From the NCBI GenBank assembly GCA_963829055.1, contig CAWHHI010000012.1:96001-160000 (forward strand): DNA of 64,000 nucleotides, given 5' to 3'. The position numbers and the translations under genes are program-made. Shown here in pieces: positions 50,933-64,000 of this stretch (the stretch's first letter is position 1; the number at the start of each line of letters is the position of its first letter). Source of the DNA: an uncultured Gemmatimonadaceae bacterium (GTDB lineage: Bacteria > Gemmatimonadota > Gemmatimonadetes > Gemmatimonadales > Gemmatimonadaceae). The notes beneath the pieces were generated by a model, which was given only the letters and a program-made list of their open reading frames with translations, ran no database searches and was not told the DNA's origin.

Positions 50933-51725
50933 TCAGCGAACGACGGGCGTCTCGGCCGTTGTACTTCCACCGTCGGTGCCGTTGCCCTCGGTGGCCGTCA
51001 CCTGCACCACGATCGCGGTGATGTTGTCGAGGCCACCGCGGCCGTTCGCTTCGGAGATCAGCGCATCCACGACGCGCCCTGGCGTCGCACGGGAGAAGAG
51101 CAGTTGCTGCAGGCGACGATCGTCCACCATGCCGGTGAGTCCGTCGCTGGCGACCAGGTAGACGTCGCCGGTGCGCACTTCGCCGTGATACGTGTCGGGC
51201 TCGACGTTGTCGCTCGCGCCGACGCATCGCGTGATCACGTTCGAGTACGGATGGTACCGCGCCTGTTCGGGCGTCAGGAAACCGGCGTCCACCTGCTCCT
51301 GCACGTACGAGTGATCCTTCGTCAGCTGGCGCAGCTTGCCGTCGCGAAGAAGATAGACGCGAGAGTCGCCGACCTGCCCGATGAGATACTTGCGACCCAG
51401 TCAGGATCAGCACCGACGCCGTGGTGCCCATTCCCTGCTTGTCGACTTCCGTGATCGTGCGCTCGTAGATCTTCGAGTTCGCTTTCTTGACGGCGTCCGC
51501 GACCTTCGCCTGGACGTTGTCACCGTTGATATCGGTGATCGCGGCAAGCTCGCGCGAGATGATCTGCACCGCCATCTCGCTGGCCACTTCGCCGGCGGCG
51601 TGGCCTCCCATCCCGTCGGCGACGATGAACAGCCCCCGCTTCTCATTCGCTTCAGCGAAGAAACTGTCTTCGTTCCCAGCGCGGATCATGCCCACATCCG
51701 AGCGGGCGGCGACGTATAGGTTCAC
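50933..51725 (-). CDS. PP2C-type Ser/Thr phosphatase (Stp1/PrpC-like)
   Basis: SDVG..R..NED, VADGMGGHAAGEVAS, GMGTT, DHS.V, SDGL, GGLDNIT. Confidence 0.93.
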
Positions 51726-52937
51726 TAGCGATCCTGTATCACGAGAAGGACAGTCGCGCCGATGACCACCGCGGCCGCGATCCACACGAGCGGCGACGTC
51801 TTCTGCTTCGCCGACGCCGTGGAGTCGCTCGCCTGGGACTGGCGGGTGGCGACGATTGGGCGCGCTGTTCGAGCGCGCTGTTGATCCGTTGGCCTGAATC
51901 CGACGATGACGCGAGTGCCGCCGTCGGCATCGATGACCTCGGGCTCCGACCGGAATATCACCTTCACGCCGCCAAAGCGCACGGCGGCGGTCGCTCCGAG
52001 TTGCTGCTCACCACTGACCCGACGTCCGGCCACGTACGTGCCGTTCCTCGATCCCATGTCGACGACGTACCAGCCGGAGTCGCGCCGCTGGATCTTGGCG
52101 TGCGAGTCCGAAACGCTGTCGTCGATCACCACGACATCGTTGTGCGGCCCCCGCCCGATATGGGCGAGCGGCGTGCGAAGCTGGTAGCGAGTGCCCTTGG
52201 TCGCGCCCTCGTTGACGACTTCCAACGTGGCGAGCAGGCGCTGTGACTCGGCAGCCGATCCTCGCGCGCCGGTGCCGGAGCCTCGGGCGCCGCATCGGCG
52301 TAGAAGCGAAACTCCTCGGTGCCGATGCGAATCACATCTCCGCGACGGAGCGGCTGGGCATCGCCGGTGCGCGCTCCGTTCACGAAGACGCCATTCGCGC
52401 TGACGTCACGGACGACGTAGCCAGCGGGCCGAGCGACAATTCGGCATGATTGCGGGACACATCATTGCCGGGCACCACGATGTCGCAGTCAGCGTCACGC
52501 CCAATGCGCAGTCCGCCGGCTGGTACCGCGTATTCACGCCCGTCGACGAGAGAAACCAGGCGACCGCCGAGCACGCCAGCGCGGCCGCGGGTTGCCACCG
52601 CGGTCGATGCTGTCGGCGTGCCGAACGCAGGCATCACGACTGTGCTGCCTGCCTTACGGTCATCGGAGAAGCGGAGCTGACGCCCGGCCACCTCGATCCT
52701 GTCTCCGTGGAGCAGAGGCGCCGGCTCAGCACCGAGCGCCACACCATTCACCAGTATCGTGGTCCCCGTCGCCACTCGCCGCACAGTGACGGTGCCTCGC
52801 GGGTCCACGATGACGATCGCAAGAGTCCCCTTCTCTGGACCAGCATCGAGCCGCACTTGCGCCTCGTCGCTTGTCCCGATTCGCAGCTCGCCAACGCTCA
52901 GCTCGATCTGTTTGTCGTCAAGCCGAATGTGAGCCAT
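51725..52937 (-). CDS. Protein with three FHA-like domains and C-terminal TM helix (frameshifted)
   Basis: IGRDADCDI...VSRNHA; IGRGPHND...VSDSHA...GSRNGT; plus a degenerate first FHA. Confidence 0.82.
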
Positions 52938-53095
52938 GCCGGTTCGGGCAGCGATCCTATGCGCGAAGCCGAAGGGGATATGGAAAGCCCGTTGAGACGG
53001 CATCGCCTCCACGGGTCACGCGCGGAAACTATGGCTGACCCGCATGGCTGGCAAGCACTTAAACGATTGCCAGGGCTTGTTCCGGACAGTCCACT

Positions 53096-54985
53096 TCACG
53101 CCTGGGCCGCAGCCGCCATCTCACCCTGCTGGAGACGGTACAGCCGCTGGTACAACCCGCCACGGGCGAGGAGCTCGCGATGGGTGCCGCGCTCGCGAAC
53201 CTCGCCGTGATGCAGGACGAGAATCTCGTTCGCGCCCACGATCGTGCTCAGGCGATGGGCGATCGCGATCGTCGTGCGGCCGCGCATCAACACCTCGAGC
53301 GCTTCCTGTATCGCCGCCTCGATCTCGCTGTCCACGGCGCTCGTGGCCTCGTCGAGCACGAGCAGCGCGGGATCGGCGGCGATTGCCCGCGCGAACGAGA
53401 GCAACTGTCGCTCGCCAACACTCACCGATGTCCCACGCTCGCCGAGCTCGTACGCGTAATCGCGCGGGAGGCGACGGATCACGCGATCGGCGCCCACGCG
53501 CTCGGCCGCCCGCACCACATCGGCATCGCTCAGCGGCGACGACAGCCGAATGTTCGACGCGCACATCGCCAGCGAACAGGAAGATGTCCTGCTGCACGTA
53601 CCCAATCAGTCCGCGCAGCTCAGCGAGCGGCATCTCGCGCACGTCGACGCCGTTGACGAGTATCTGCCCGCGCTGCGGGTCATAGAATCGCAGCAGGAGG
53701 CTGACGATCGTCGTCTTTCCTGCTCCCGTGTGACCGACGAGCGCGAGCGTCTCACCGGGCCGCGCCGTGAAGCTCACGCCGCGAAGCACCCACTCCGCCT
53801 CACCCGGAGCGCGCATCTCCCTTCGCCAGATGCGCGAGATCGTACGCGAACCACACGTCGCGGAATTCGACAGTAACGCCGCGTCGGGAATCGGGAATCG
53901 GGAATCGGGAATCGGGAACCGGATCGACGCGGCGTAGTCGTCCGCACGTCGATTCCCGATTCCCGGTTCCCCAGTCTCCCGATTCGGTATCGAGCAACGT
54001 GAAGATCCGTTCGGACGATGCCATCGCCTGCTGCAGCGTGTTGTACTTGTCCGAGAGATCTTGCAGCGGCTGATAGAAGCGCCTCACGAGTTGCAGGAAG
54101 GCAGCGACCGTTCCCACCGTGATCGACGCCGCGCGCACGCGCGATGACCCCGCCACGATCAGCGTCGCCATCGCGACCGTCGTGAGCACTTCGATCACGG
54201 GGAAATACAGCGCATAGACGCGGACCGAGCGTAGGTGTGCGTCGAGGTGATCGCGATTCAGCGCGTCGAAACGCGCCGCCTCGCTTCGCTCTCGCCCGAA
54301 GAGCTGTACGACGCGCACGCCCGAGATGCGCTCCTGCAGAAACGCGTTGATGCGCGCGAGCCGAGTTCGGATTGAACGGTATGCCTCGCGCACGCGGACG
54401 CGGAACACGTTCGACGCGATCACGACGCCAGGAATGACGGCGAACGCCGCGAGTGCCAATCGCCAATCGACAACGAGCATCGCGACGCTGATCGCGAGCA
54501 GCGTGAACAGGTCACCGATGCCGGCAACGACACCGGCAGTGAACAGCTCGTTGAGCGATTCCACGTCGGACGTCACTCGCGTCACGAGGCGCCCAACGGG
54601 ATTGCGGTCGAAGAAGGACACCGACAGCCGCTGCAGGTGCGCGAAGATCTCGATGCGGAGATCTCGCATGACGCGCTGACCGAGGAGACTCGTCAGCATC
54701 GTCTCGCCGTACGTGAACAGGAACTGAAACAACAGCGTGGCCGCGAACAGCGCCGCACTCGTGATCGCGATGTGGCTATCGCGGCGCGGAATGGCAACGT
54801 CGATCACGCGTTGGGTCAGCGCCGGGCCGACGAGTTGAAGGAATCCGTCGGCGAGCAGCAGTACGAGCGCACCGATCACGAGCCCGCGGTACGGGCGCGC
54901 GTAGCGCAGCAGCCGTCGCATGAGACGGCCGTCGTACGCCTTGCCGAGCGCTTCTTCCTCGTGGATGACGTCGGGCGAAGTCAGA
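53096..54985 (-). CDS. ABC exporter, fused TMD-NBD (MdlB-like); start approximate
   Basis: [53 protein letters not shown]. Confidence 0.92.
53886..53985. repeat. Inverted pair of GGGAATC heptamer arrays within the ABC exporter linker
   Basis: (GGGAATC)x4 GGGAACC ... GATTCCC GATTCCC GGTTCCC; translated in frame. Confidence 0.85.
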
Positions 54986-55149
54986 ACTGCGGGGACTGGG
55001 GACTGGGGACTGGGGACTCGGACTCGCGTCGCGGGACCGGAAGCATAACGCGGTGCCGCCGCGCACCGGCGTTCGAGCGCGCGCGTGCCCGGCTGTCCCT
55101 GTTCGCCGTTCCCGGTTCCCCAGTCCCCAGTCCCCAGTCCCCACAGTTC
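54984..55149. repeat. Inverted pair of GGGGACT heptamer arrays (MITE-like)
   Basis: GAACTGC(GGGGACT)x4 ... (CCCCAGT)x3 CCCCACAGTTC. Confidence 0.85.
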
Positions 55150-55237
55150 AGTCCCCTAACACCGCGGTCAGCCAGAAATTTGGTACGGTGGTTGCTTTAC
55201 TCACGAGGTGTAAACCCACCCCTCGGGAGGAGCAGAT

Positions 55238-55501
55238 ATGACCATTCTCGCTTGGATCGTGCTTGGACTCGTGGCTGGCGCCATCGCCAAAGCACTGATG
55301 CCGGGTCGTGACCCTGGCGGGATCATCGTCACGATGTTGATCGGAATCGTCGGCGCGTTCCTCGGTGGTTTCCTTGGCAACATGATCACCGGCTCGGGCC
55401 TGAACGGCTTCTCGCTGTGGAGCATCGTCCTCGCTGTCGTCGGCGCGATGTTGCTACTTTGGATCTACCGCATGACCACACGCACGCGGACCACAGTCTG
55501 A
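55238..55501 (+). CDS. GlsB/YeaQ/YmgE family stress-response membrane protein
   Basis: ILAWIVLGLVAGAIAKALMPGRDPGG...GIVGAFLGG; GGAG RBS. Confidence 0.92.
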   Translation: MTILAWIVLGLVAGAIAKALMPGRDPGGIIVTMLIGIVGAFLGGFLGNMITGSGLNGFSLWSIVLAVVGAMLLLWIYRMTTRTRTTV

Positions 55502-55571
55502 CGATTCGACCGTTGAGCCCCGAGCGCCTGCACACGGGACGCTCGGGGCTCGACGTTGTCCAGGAGATGCG

Positions 55572-55835
55572 TTGCCCCTCTGGCTCTATTGGGTCCTGCT
55601 GGGACTGCTGGCAGGCTCGCTCGCCAAGTTTCTCGTGCCTGGCCGCGACCCGTCCGGCTGTATCGTTACGGTCGTCCTCGGCATCGCCGGTGCGTTCATC
55701 GGTGGGTTGCTCGCGAGTGCACTCGGCTGGGGCCACGTGACCGCCGGTGACCTGGACTTTCGCTCGCTCGGCACTGCGACTCTCGGAGCGATCGTCGTGC
55801 TCCTCGTCGGCCGTCTCCTCCGTCGCCTTCGGTAG
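55572..55835 (+). CDS. Second GlsB/YeaQ/YmgE family protein
   Basis: WVLLGLLAGSLAKFLVPGRDPSG...GIAGAFIGG. Confidence 0.88.
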   Translation: MPLWLYWVLLGLLAGSLAKFLVPGRDPSGCIVTVVLGIAGAFIGGLLASALGWGHVTAGDLDFRSLGTATLGAIVVLLVGRLLRRLR

Positions 55836-55903
55836 ACCGACAATCGCCGCGACATTCACGCCGCCGGTGTTTCTTCGCCCCACCCGGAATTAGCTTTCGC
55901 GCG

Positions 55904-58782
<2,879 letters not shown>

Positions 58783-58804
58783 CGGTCATCCGAGCCGTGG
58801 AGCG

Positions 58805-59671
58805 TTAGGCGTTAGGCGTGATCGAGGCGGCGCGCGCGACATCCCGTCGGCGCTCCTGGATGCGGCGCACGATGCGCGTCATTCGCCGCCGGGACAGCAG
58901 CCGATTGACCACCACGACGGCCTTGTTGCGGATCCCGGGCACGACGACGCGCTGGCCGTTGCTCGCACCGCGGTAGCCGGCTTCGGCCACTTCCCGTGAC
59001 GTCATGAGCGGCGCGCCACCCGACGGCGCGTTCGGGTGAATGCCCGCCCGTCCATGAAATTCCGTCACGGTGGGCCCCGGGCAGAGCGCGGTGACGGTCA
59101 CGCCGGTGCCGGCGGCTTCTTCGGCCAGCGCTTCGGAGAACGACTGCACGTAGGCCTTCGATGCGTAGTAGACCGCCATGATCGGGCCGGGCTGAAACGC
59201 CGCCACGGAAGACACGTTCAGAATGCGACCGCGACGGCGCGCGAGCATCCCGGGCAGCACCATCTTCGTCAGGTGCGTCAGGGCGGCGATGTTCACCTCG
59301 ACGATTTCGAGCTCTCGCTCGATGTCCGTCTCGTGGAAGAAGCCGTGTGTCCCGATGCCGGCGTTGTTCACGAGCGCGTCGATGCGGTCATCAAGTGCCC
59401 GAATCCGCGCTGCCACGTGCTCGCGATCGAGGCGACGCGAGAGATCGGCCGGAAATGCGTCACACACGACGCCGTGGCGGTCGCTGAGCGACCGCGCTAC
59501 CGATTCGAGTGCGTCACGGCGCCGGGCGATGAGCAACAGATCGTGCCCGTCGCGGGCGAACAGGTCCGCGAAATCAACCCCGAGTCCGCTCGACGCACCC
59601 GTGATGATCGCCACGGGCCGGCGCTCGCCGCTTCGCGCAGGCGCAACCGCCAATGTAGGAAGAGCAGTCAC
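58805..59671 (-). CDS. Short-chain dehydrogenase/reductase
   Basis: TGASSGLG, NNAG, YYASK, LCPGPT. Confidence 0.93.
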   Translation of the reverse strand: MTALPTLAVAPARSGERRPVAIITGASSGLGVDFADLFARDGHDLLLIARRRDALESVARSLSDRHGVVCDAFPADLSRRLDREHVAARIRALDDRIDALVNNAGIGTHGFFHETDIERELEIVEVNIAALTHLTKMVLPGMLARRRGRILNVSSVAAFQPGPIMAVYYASKAYVQSFSEALAEEAAGTGVTVTALCPGPTVTEFHGRAGIHPNAPSGGAPLMTSREVAEAGYRGASNGQRVVVPGIRNKAVVVVNRLLSRRRMTRIVRRIQERRRDVARAASITPNA

Positions 59672-59691
59672 GATTCGAGTTCTCCGCTCGC

Positions 59692-59720
59692 TTGACCACG
59701 TTCGGTAGCTCTTCTACCTT
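59692..59720 (+). promoter_or_regulatory. Sigma70-type promoter for tRNA-Asn
   Basis: TTGACC-N17-TACCTT, 10 bp upstream of the tRNA. Confidence 0.6.
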
Positions 59721-59730
59721 TCGGGCTCAT

Positions 59731-59803
59731 TCCCGAGTAGCTCAGGTGGTAGAGCAGGTGACTGTTAATCACCGTGTCGGGGGTTCGAGTCCCTCCTCGG
59801 GAG
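59731..59803 (+). tRNA. tRNA-Asn (GTT), CCA not encoded
   Basis: Acceptor TCCCGAG/CTCGGGA, D-arm TAGCTCAGGTGGTAGAGC, anticodon arm GGTGA-CTGTTAA-TCACC, T-loop GTTCGAG. Confidence 0.96.
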
Positions 59804-59845
59804 CTCACGACGGCACGACGTTAGGTTACGAAGGTTCCGAACGGC

Positions 59846-59884
59846 AACGCGGGGGCGTCGAAAGACGCCCCCGCGTTTTGTTTG
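59846..59884. terminator. Intrinsic terminator after tRNA-Asn
   Basis: AACGCGGGGGCGTC-GAAA-GACGCCCCCGCGTT followed by TTGTTT. Confidence 0.85.
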
Positions 59885-59911
59885 GGTTCCAACCACGGCG
59901 CCCTGCGACCG

Positions 59912-61861
59912 CTACTGGGCGTCGGGCGCGACCGCACGCAGGATGTCTCTGAACCGTGGCTCACCGCGGATCGGGTCGAACCCGGGATCCTTGAGCGCCG
60001 CGGCCAGCGTACCGTCGTCGCGCGTACGCAGCAGCGCGTTCAGCGCCCGCTTCGAGTCGCCGGCGGCAACATAGGCGAGCGCCAGCTGGCTTCCCTGCTT
60101 CGCCGAGAACGGAACCTTGGGCGACACGCGCTTCACGAGCTGCGCGAGCCGCGCCTGCGCCGCGCGTCGTTCACCCACACGCGCCTCGAACGACGCGATC
60201 AGCGTCTGAGCCTGCCACGTATCTCCGAGCCGCTCTGCGACCTCGGCGTCCGCCCAGGCGGCGCGTAGATCGCCACGCGCGGCGTTCGCGCGAGCACGGA
60301 GCGCGTACGCCTCCGGATCCGCCGGCGTCATCGCCAGCGCACTGTCGATCATCCGGCGCGCTGCGTCTGGCTGCCGCGAGCGAAGCAATGCGATGGCGGC
60401 GTTGGCGAGTGCGCTCGACCGCGGCAGCATCGTGCGCTCGCGCGACAGCGGCGGCAACGGATCGCCGGCGATGAGCGGTGACGATGCCAATGACCCGTTC
60501 GCCGGCGTCTCGACCGCCCGGACCGATGTGGTCGTGGTCGGCAGCGGCTGGGTCGCGGTTGCCCTACCGCTATCGCGCAGATTGGCAACCGCCGAAGCGC
60601 TCACAGACGACCCGACGGTGACATCGCGAATAGTGGTTGGACGCGGCACCGACGCGGCCTCGGCGTGCGGGATACCCCCGTCGGCGGATGGGCCACTTCG
60701 CGTCATGGCGCTCGCCTGAACCGGTGTTGGACGCCGCTCGAAGTTCGCGCCAAAGATGGCATAGAACGCGAACGCTCCTGCAAGCGCACTTCCGCCCACC
60801 AGCATGGCGGCACGCGCGGTCGACCGACGGCCGGCAGCGGCGTCGGCTAACGCGTCGGTCTCGTCGGGCGCGGGGCTGGTAACCGACGCATGATCGCCAG
60901 TGTTTCGTCGGAACGGGATCGTCGGCGCGCCTGCGGCCGGCGGCTCGGTCTCCGTTTCGCTGCTCGTGAGCAGGGCACCAGCGGCGGCACGCCGGCGCAG
61001 CATCGAGCTGGTCGGAGTGTCTATGTTGAGCTGCTCGACGAACTCCGACGCCGAGGTCCAGCGCCGCGCGGGATCCTTTTCCAGGGCACCTTCGAGCGCG
61101 AGCAGCAATCGCTGGGGCGTGTCAGGACGCAGCAGCGTCAGCGGCGCGAAATCCTGATGCTTCTGCTTGTAGATGATGCCGAACAGACTCTCGCCTTCCC
61201 ACGCGCGCTTGCCCGAGAGCATTTCCCAGCCGACGACGCCCAGGCTGTACAGATCCGCCCGACCATCCACGGCCGCGTTGTCGATCTGCTCCGGCGCCAT
61301 GTACGCAGGCGTACCGATCGCCATGCCCGTCGCTGTGACCTCGGCGTCGCCTTGTGTTGCTTTCGCGATGCCGAAATCCGACAGCAACGCAGAGCCCTTG
61401 TCCGCGTCAATGAGGATGTTGTGTGGCTTGACGTCGCGATGGATGATCCCGTTCGCGTGTGCATGCTCCAGGGCGGAACCGATGTCTCGCAGGATCTGTA
61501 CGGTCTCATCGAAGCGGAGCTTGCCGCGGCGACGAAGAATCGTGATCAGCGGCTCGCCGCGAACGTACTGCATGACGAGCGCGACGTGTCCGCCGTGCAG
61601 GCGTCGCAGCTCGTACTGATGGACGATGTTCGGATGGCGAATCCGCGCCATGAGCCGTGCCTCGCGCTCGAAGCGTGAGAGCGCATCAGCATCGGCAATG
61701 AACTTCGACGAGATGACCTTGATCGCGACGTCGTGCCCGGCGGTGCGATGACGCGCCAGGAACACGGCGCCCATGCCACCTTTTCCCAGCTCGCGCTTGA
61801 CGATGTAGTCGCGCTCGAGTTCGGAAAGGTCGACGCTGGGATCTGGGCGAGTTGCGGTCAT
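59912..61861 (-). CDS. Hanks-type Ser/Thr kinase with TM and C-terminal TPR domain
   Basis: LGKGGMGAV, VAIK, HRDVKPHN, DFGIA, GTPAYMAPE; TPR-like C-terminus. Confidence 0.93.
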   Translation of the reverse strand: MTATRPDPSVDLSELERDYIVKRELGKGGMGAVFLARHRTAGHDVAIKVISSKFIADADALSRFEREARLMARIRHPNIVHQYELRRLHGGHVALVMQYVRGEPLITILRRRGKLRFDETVQILRDIGSALEHAHANGIIHRDVKPHNILIDADKGSALLSDFGIAKATQGDAEVTATGMAIGTPAYMAPEQIDNAAVDGRADLYSLGVVGWEMLSGKRAWEGESLFGIIYKQKHQDFAPLTLLRPDTPQRLLLALEGALEKDPARRWTSASEFVEQLNIDTPTSSMLRRRAAAGALLTSSETETEPPAAGAPTIPFRRNTGDHASVTSPAPDETDALADAAAGRRSTARAAMLVGGSALAGAFAFYAIFGANFERRPTPVQASAMTRSGPSADGGIPHAEAASVPRPTTIRDVTVGSSVSASAVANLRDSGRATATQPLPTTTTSVRAVETPANGSLASSPLIAGDPLPPLSRERTMLPRSSALANAAIALLRSRQPDAARRMIDSALAMTPADPEAYALRARANAARGDLRAAWADAEVAERLGDTWQAQTLIASFEARVGERRAAQARLAQLVKRVSPKVPFSAKQGSQLALAYVAAGDSKRALNALLRTRDDGTLAAALKDPGFDPIRGEPRFRDILRAVAPDAQ

Positions 61862-62011
61862 GAAGTGGACGAGCTGGTGTATTAACTCCAGCTAAAAGAC
61901 CGCCTGCGGCGGTTCAAAGCAACTCACGGGCACCAATGTAAGCGCAAGCACACAAAACCGCCTCGGCGAGTTTGTCCCGCCGAGGTGGGCATAACGTCTC
62001 TCATATCGACC

Positions 62012-62370
62012 CTAGGTGCTAGCCCGGTGGGCAGCGGGCCCCATCCGAAGGTCTAACGCCCGTTCGCTCGACGGACCGTCGGACCCATAGTATCCGTCGA
62101 TGAACCAACGGACGACCCGGTCGGTCAGATCGTTGGCCGCTCTGTAACTGATACGGGCCGCTGCTGCGTCGATGATAGCCCGCTTGAGCGACACAATCAC
62201 CATTTCCGGCGTACGACGCTCCGCTTTCGCGTTCCGAACGTAGTCCAGAACGGCGTGGCGAAGGTCGTCGTCACCTCGAGTCGGCTCCGCGAATGAAAGC
62301 GCGAAGAGCTGCTGCAGATCTTCCTTCCCACCCGAGGCCAATTGCACCTGAGATTCTGCGGATCGGCTCA
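62012..62370 (-). CDS. Small hypothetical helical protein
   Basis: ...RHAVLDYVRNAKAERRTPEMVIVSLK...VVRWFIDGYYG; intact ORF. Confidence 0.55.
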
Positions 62371-62626
62371 TTCTCATCCTATTCGCTAGATCGGGAGCGA
62401 TGAGGCCGCGACGCAACAGCGCCGGAGCTACAACTCGAATCCACGTTTCAGGAATCCGTCGCGCAAACCAATGCCAGAGGCTCTAAACGCGAGCGTCCGA
62501 CGAACTCGCAGGCCCACAAGAACCGGTCGGCCAAAGCTCTGCAAGATTCATGTTCGACGGTAGGGTTGGCCGCGACCACCATCACCAATCACCACCGGCG
62601 CCACGAATCTCATAACGAAGATACGC

Positions 62627-63130
62627 TCACCCGGCGAAATCCCGAAGCCTTCCCGGGGGAATGGACCATCTCAAAACTCCGACACCCTTCTCCGGTTTGC
62701 CCTCGAATTCGATCATACTGGCGCCGCCCTTCTTGAGTTCCACTCCCGCGTGGTCGACACCCGATATCAGGTAGGTCACGAGACGTCCCAGCTGCGGCTC
62801 ATGACCGACGATTGCGACGACGCCAGCCCTGTATTTCGCCATCCAGGCGACGACGTCGTCGAGCGCGACATCCGGCTGCAACGCCTCGGCCGACTCGATG
62901 CAGGCGATCTCGTACTCCCGCCGCAGGATCTCGGCGGTCTCGTTCGCGCGTGTGAGCGGGCTGCTGACCAGCACGTCGATCGCCGGCACGATGTGATGCA
63001 GGCCACGCGCAGCGCGACGCATCTTCCGCGCGCCTTCGGCCGTGAGCGGACGTTCTGCGTCGCTCTGGCCGCTGGCGGCAAACACGTCCCGGTCTTCGGC
63101 AATCGCGTGGCGGATGACGAGCAGCTGCAT
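62627..63130 (-). CDS. sixA: Phosphohistidine phosphatase SixA family
   Basis: IRHAIAE, RPLT.EG, SSPL.RA.ETA, VGHEP, LKKGG. Confidence 0.9.
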   Translation of the reverse strand: MQLLVIRHAIAEDRDVFAASGQSDAERPLTAEGARKMRRAARGLHHIVPAIDVLVSSPLTRANETAEILRREYEIACIESAEALQPDVALDDVVAWMAKYRAGVVAIVGHEPQLGRLVTYLISGVDHAGVELKKGGASMIEFEGKPEKGVGVLRWSIPPGRLRDFAG

Positions 63131-63141
63131 CGACCGATCCG

Positions 63142-63930
63142 TTAGGGTTTCTTTTCGGTGAGCGCCTTGATCGCAGCCGGCATCTGGAACGTCGTCGAGT
63201 CGGCGACGTCGTAATCGACCGCGTTGATGTGAATCACCTGCTCCTGTCCCATCGCCTGCTGCGTTAGGCGCGTGGCGATCTTCTGCCCACCGAATTCCTT
63301 GTAGTCGCTGAGCAGGTTCGTCACCTCCATGGTGCCCATCGCCGTCTCCTGCTTGCCGACGGACGCGACAAGCAGGCCACTCGCGACGCTGTAGCAGTCG
63401 AACGACTCGCGACCGGACTTCCAGACGACCTTCACCTTGTAGCAGGCCTCGCCATTCATCTCCGTCTTCTCGACCGTCTCGGCCGACACGACGTTAGGCC
63501 CCTGACGCGAGGATGATCCGAAGCTGGACTCCTCACGGAGGGCATCGAGCTCCTTGCCGGACTTGATTCTCGGCCCCTGCATGGGGTTGATCGACCAGGC
63601 CGTCGTGCCGTCGTAGCCTTCCTCGAGCTGCCCGATCCCGGGTAGGTCGATGTGCATCATTGTCTTGTTCGGACGAGCCTGCACGATCTCCATGTCGCCG
63701 GACATTCCCGCGGCGGGCATCTCGAACTTGCCCTTCGTCCGCATGGACGAGTGCTTCGCCAGCACAGCAGGCGCATTCGTGGCGGTCACGAACTTGGCAA
63801 TCAGTTCCTTGGCCGGTGGTAGCCCGGCGGCGGGCGCCTGCCCCCCAGCGCTGGCGACGGCGATCATCGTTAGGCCCATGGCGGCCGCGGCCTGTCGGCG
63901 CAGCCGTCGATCGATTGTGCTGATGTACAT
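63142..63930 (-). CDS. Secreted LolA-like/outer-membrane lipoprotein-sorting fold protein
   Basis: Signal peptide; ARPNK, GYDGTTAW, CYKVKV, SDYKEFGG. Confidence 0.6.
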   Translation of the reverse strand: MYISTIDRRLRRQAAAAMGLTMIAVASAGGQAPAAGLPPAKELIAKFVTATNAPAVLAKHSSMRTKGKFEMPAAGMSGDMEIVQARPNKTMMHIDLPGIGQLEEGYDGTTAWSINPMQGPRIKSGKELDALREESSFGSSSRQGPNVVSAETVEKTEMNGEACYKVKVVWKSGRESFDCYSVASGLLVASVGKQETAMGTMEVTNLLSDYKEFGGQKIATRLTQQAMGQEQVIHINAVDYDVADSTTFQMPAAIKALTEKKP

Positions 63931-64000
63931 GTGACGCTCCCTGGAGCTGATAGAGACGACAGACGTGCGCTCGAGCAGCGCAGCCGGAAATATGGTCGAC

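Noticed and set aside
59731..64000. Prophage or integrative element at tRNA-Asn
   Set aside because: No integrase, phage genes or duplicated tRNA 3' end seen in the window.

Overview
GC-rich bacterial chromosomal window. The 16S sequence and gene set (Big_2/RCC1/Ser-Thr kinase expansions, GlsB pairs, BatA/DUF58) point to Gemmatimonadota; this is inference, not a database result. Most genes are broken by 1-3 indels, including essential ones, which indicates an unpolished long-read assembly. CDS coordinates below are therefore reconstructed across frameshifts. Content is mostly housekeeping: typA, pilT, CDF, pdxA, surA, mfd, lepA, waaF, ftsEX-envC, nfo, znuACB-like, rpiB, maeB, pckA, uvrA, sixA, a stand-alone 16S rRNA gene and tRNA-Asn. 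The most unusual signals are: (1) a non-palindromic motif (G)CCTAACG/CGTTAGG(C) with about 46 copies on both strands, written into coding sequence in several frames using rare codons; (2) heptamer tandem-repeat insertions (GGGAATC/GGGGACT), some as inverted pairs, inside or next to mfd, uvrA, nfo and an ABC transporter; (3) an unlinked 16S gene with its own processing stem and terminator and an extra GNRA-capped hairpin; (4) a CxxC/RAPP putative arrest-peptide leader before a metal-uptake operon; (5) a STAS-HATPase plus STAS-wHTH partner-switch-like module; (6) an RpiB with an EutQ-like N-terminal extension; (7) a hyper-acidic small protein.
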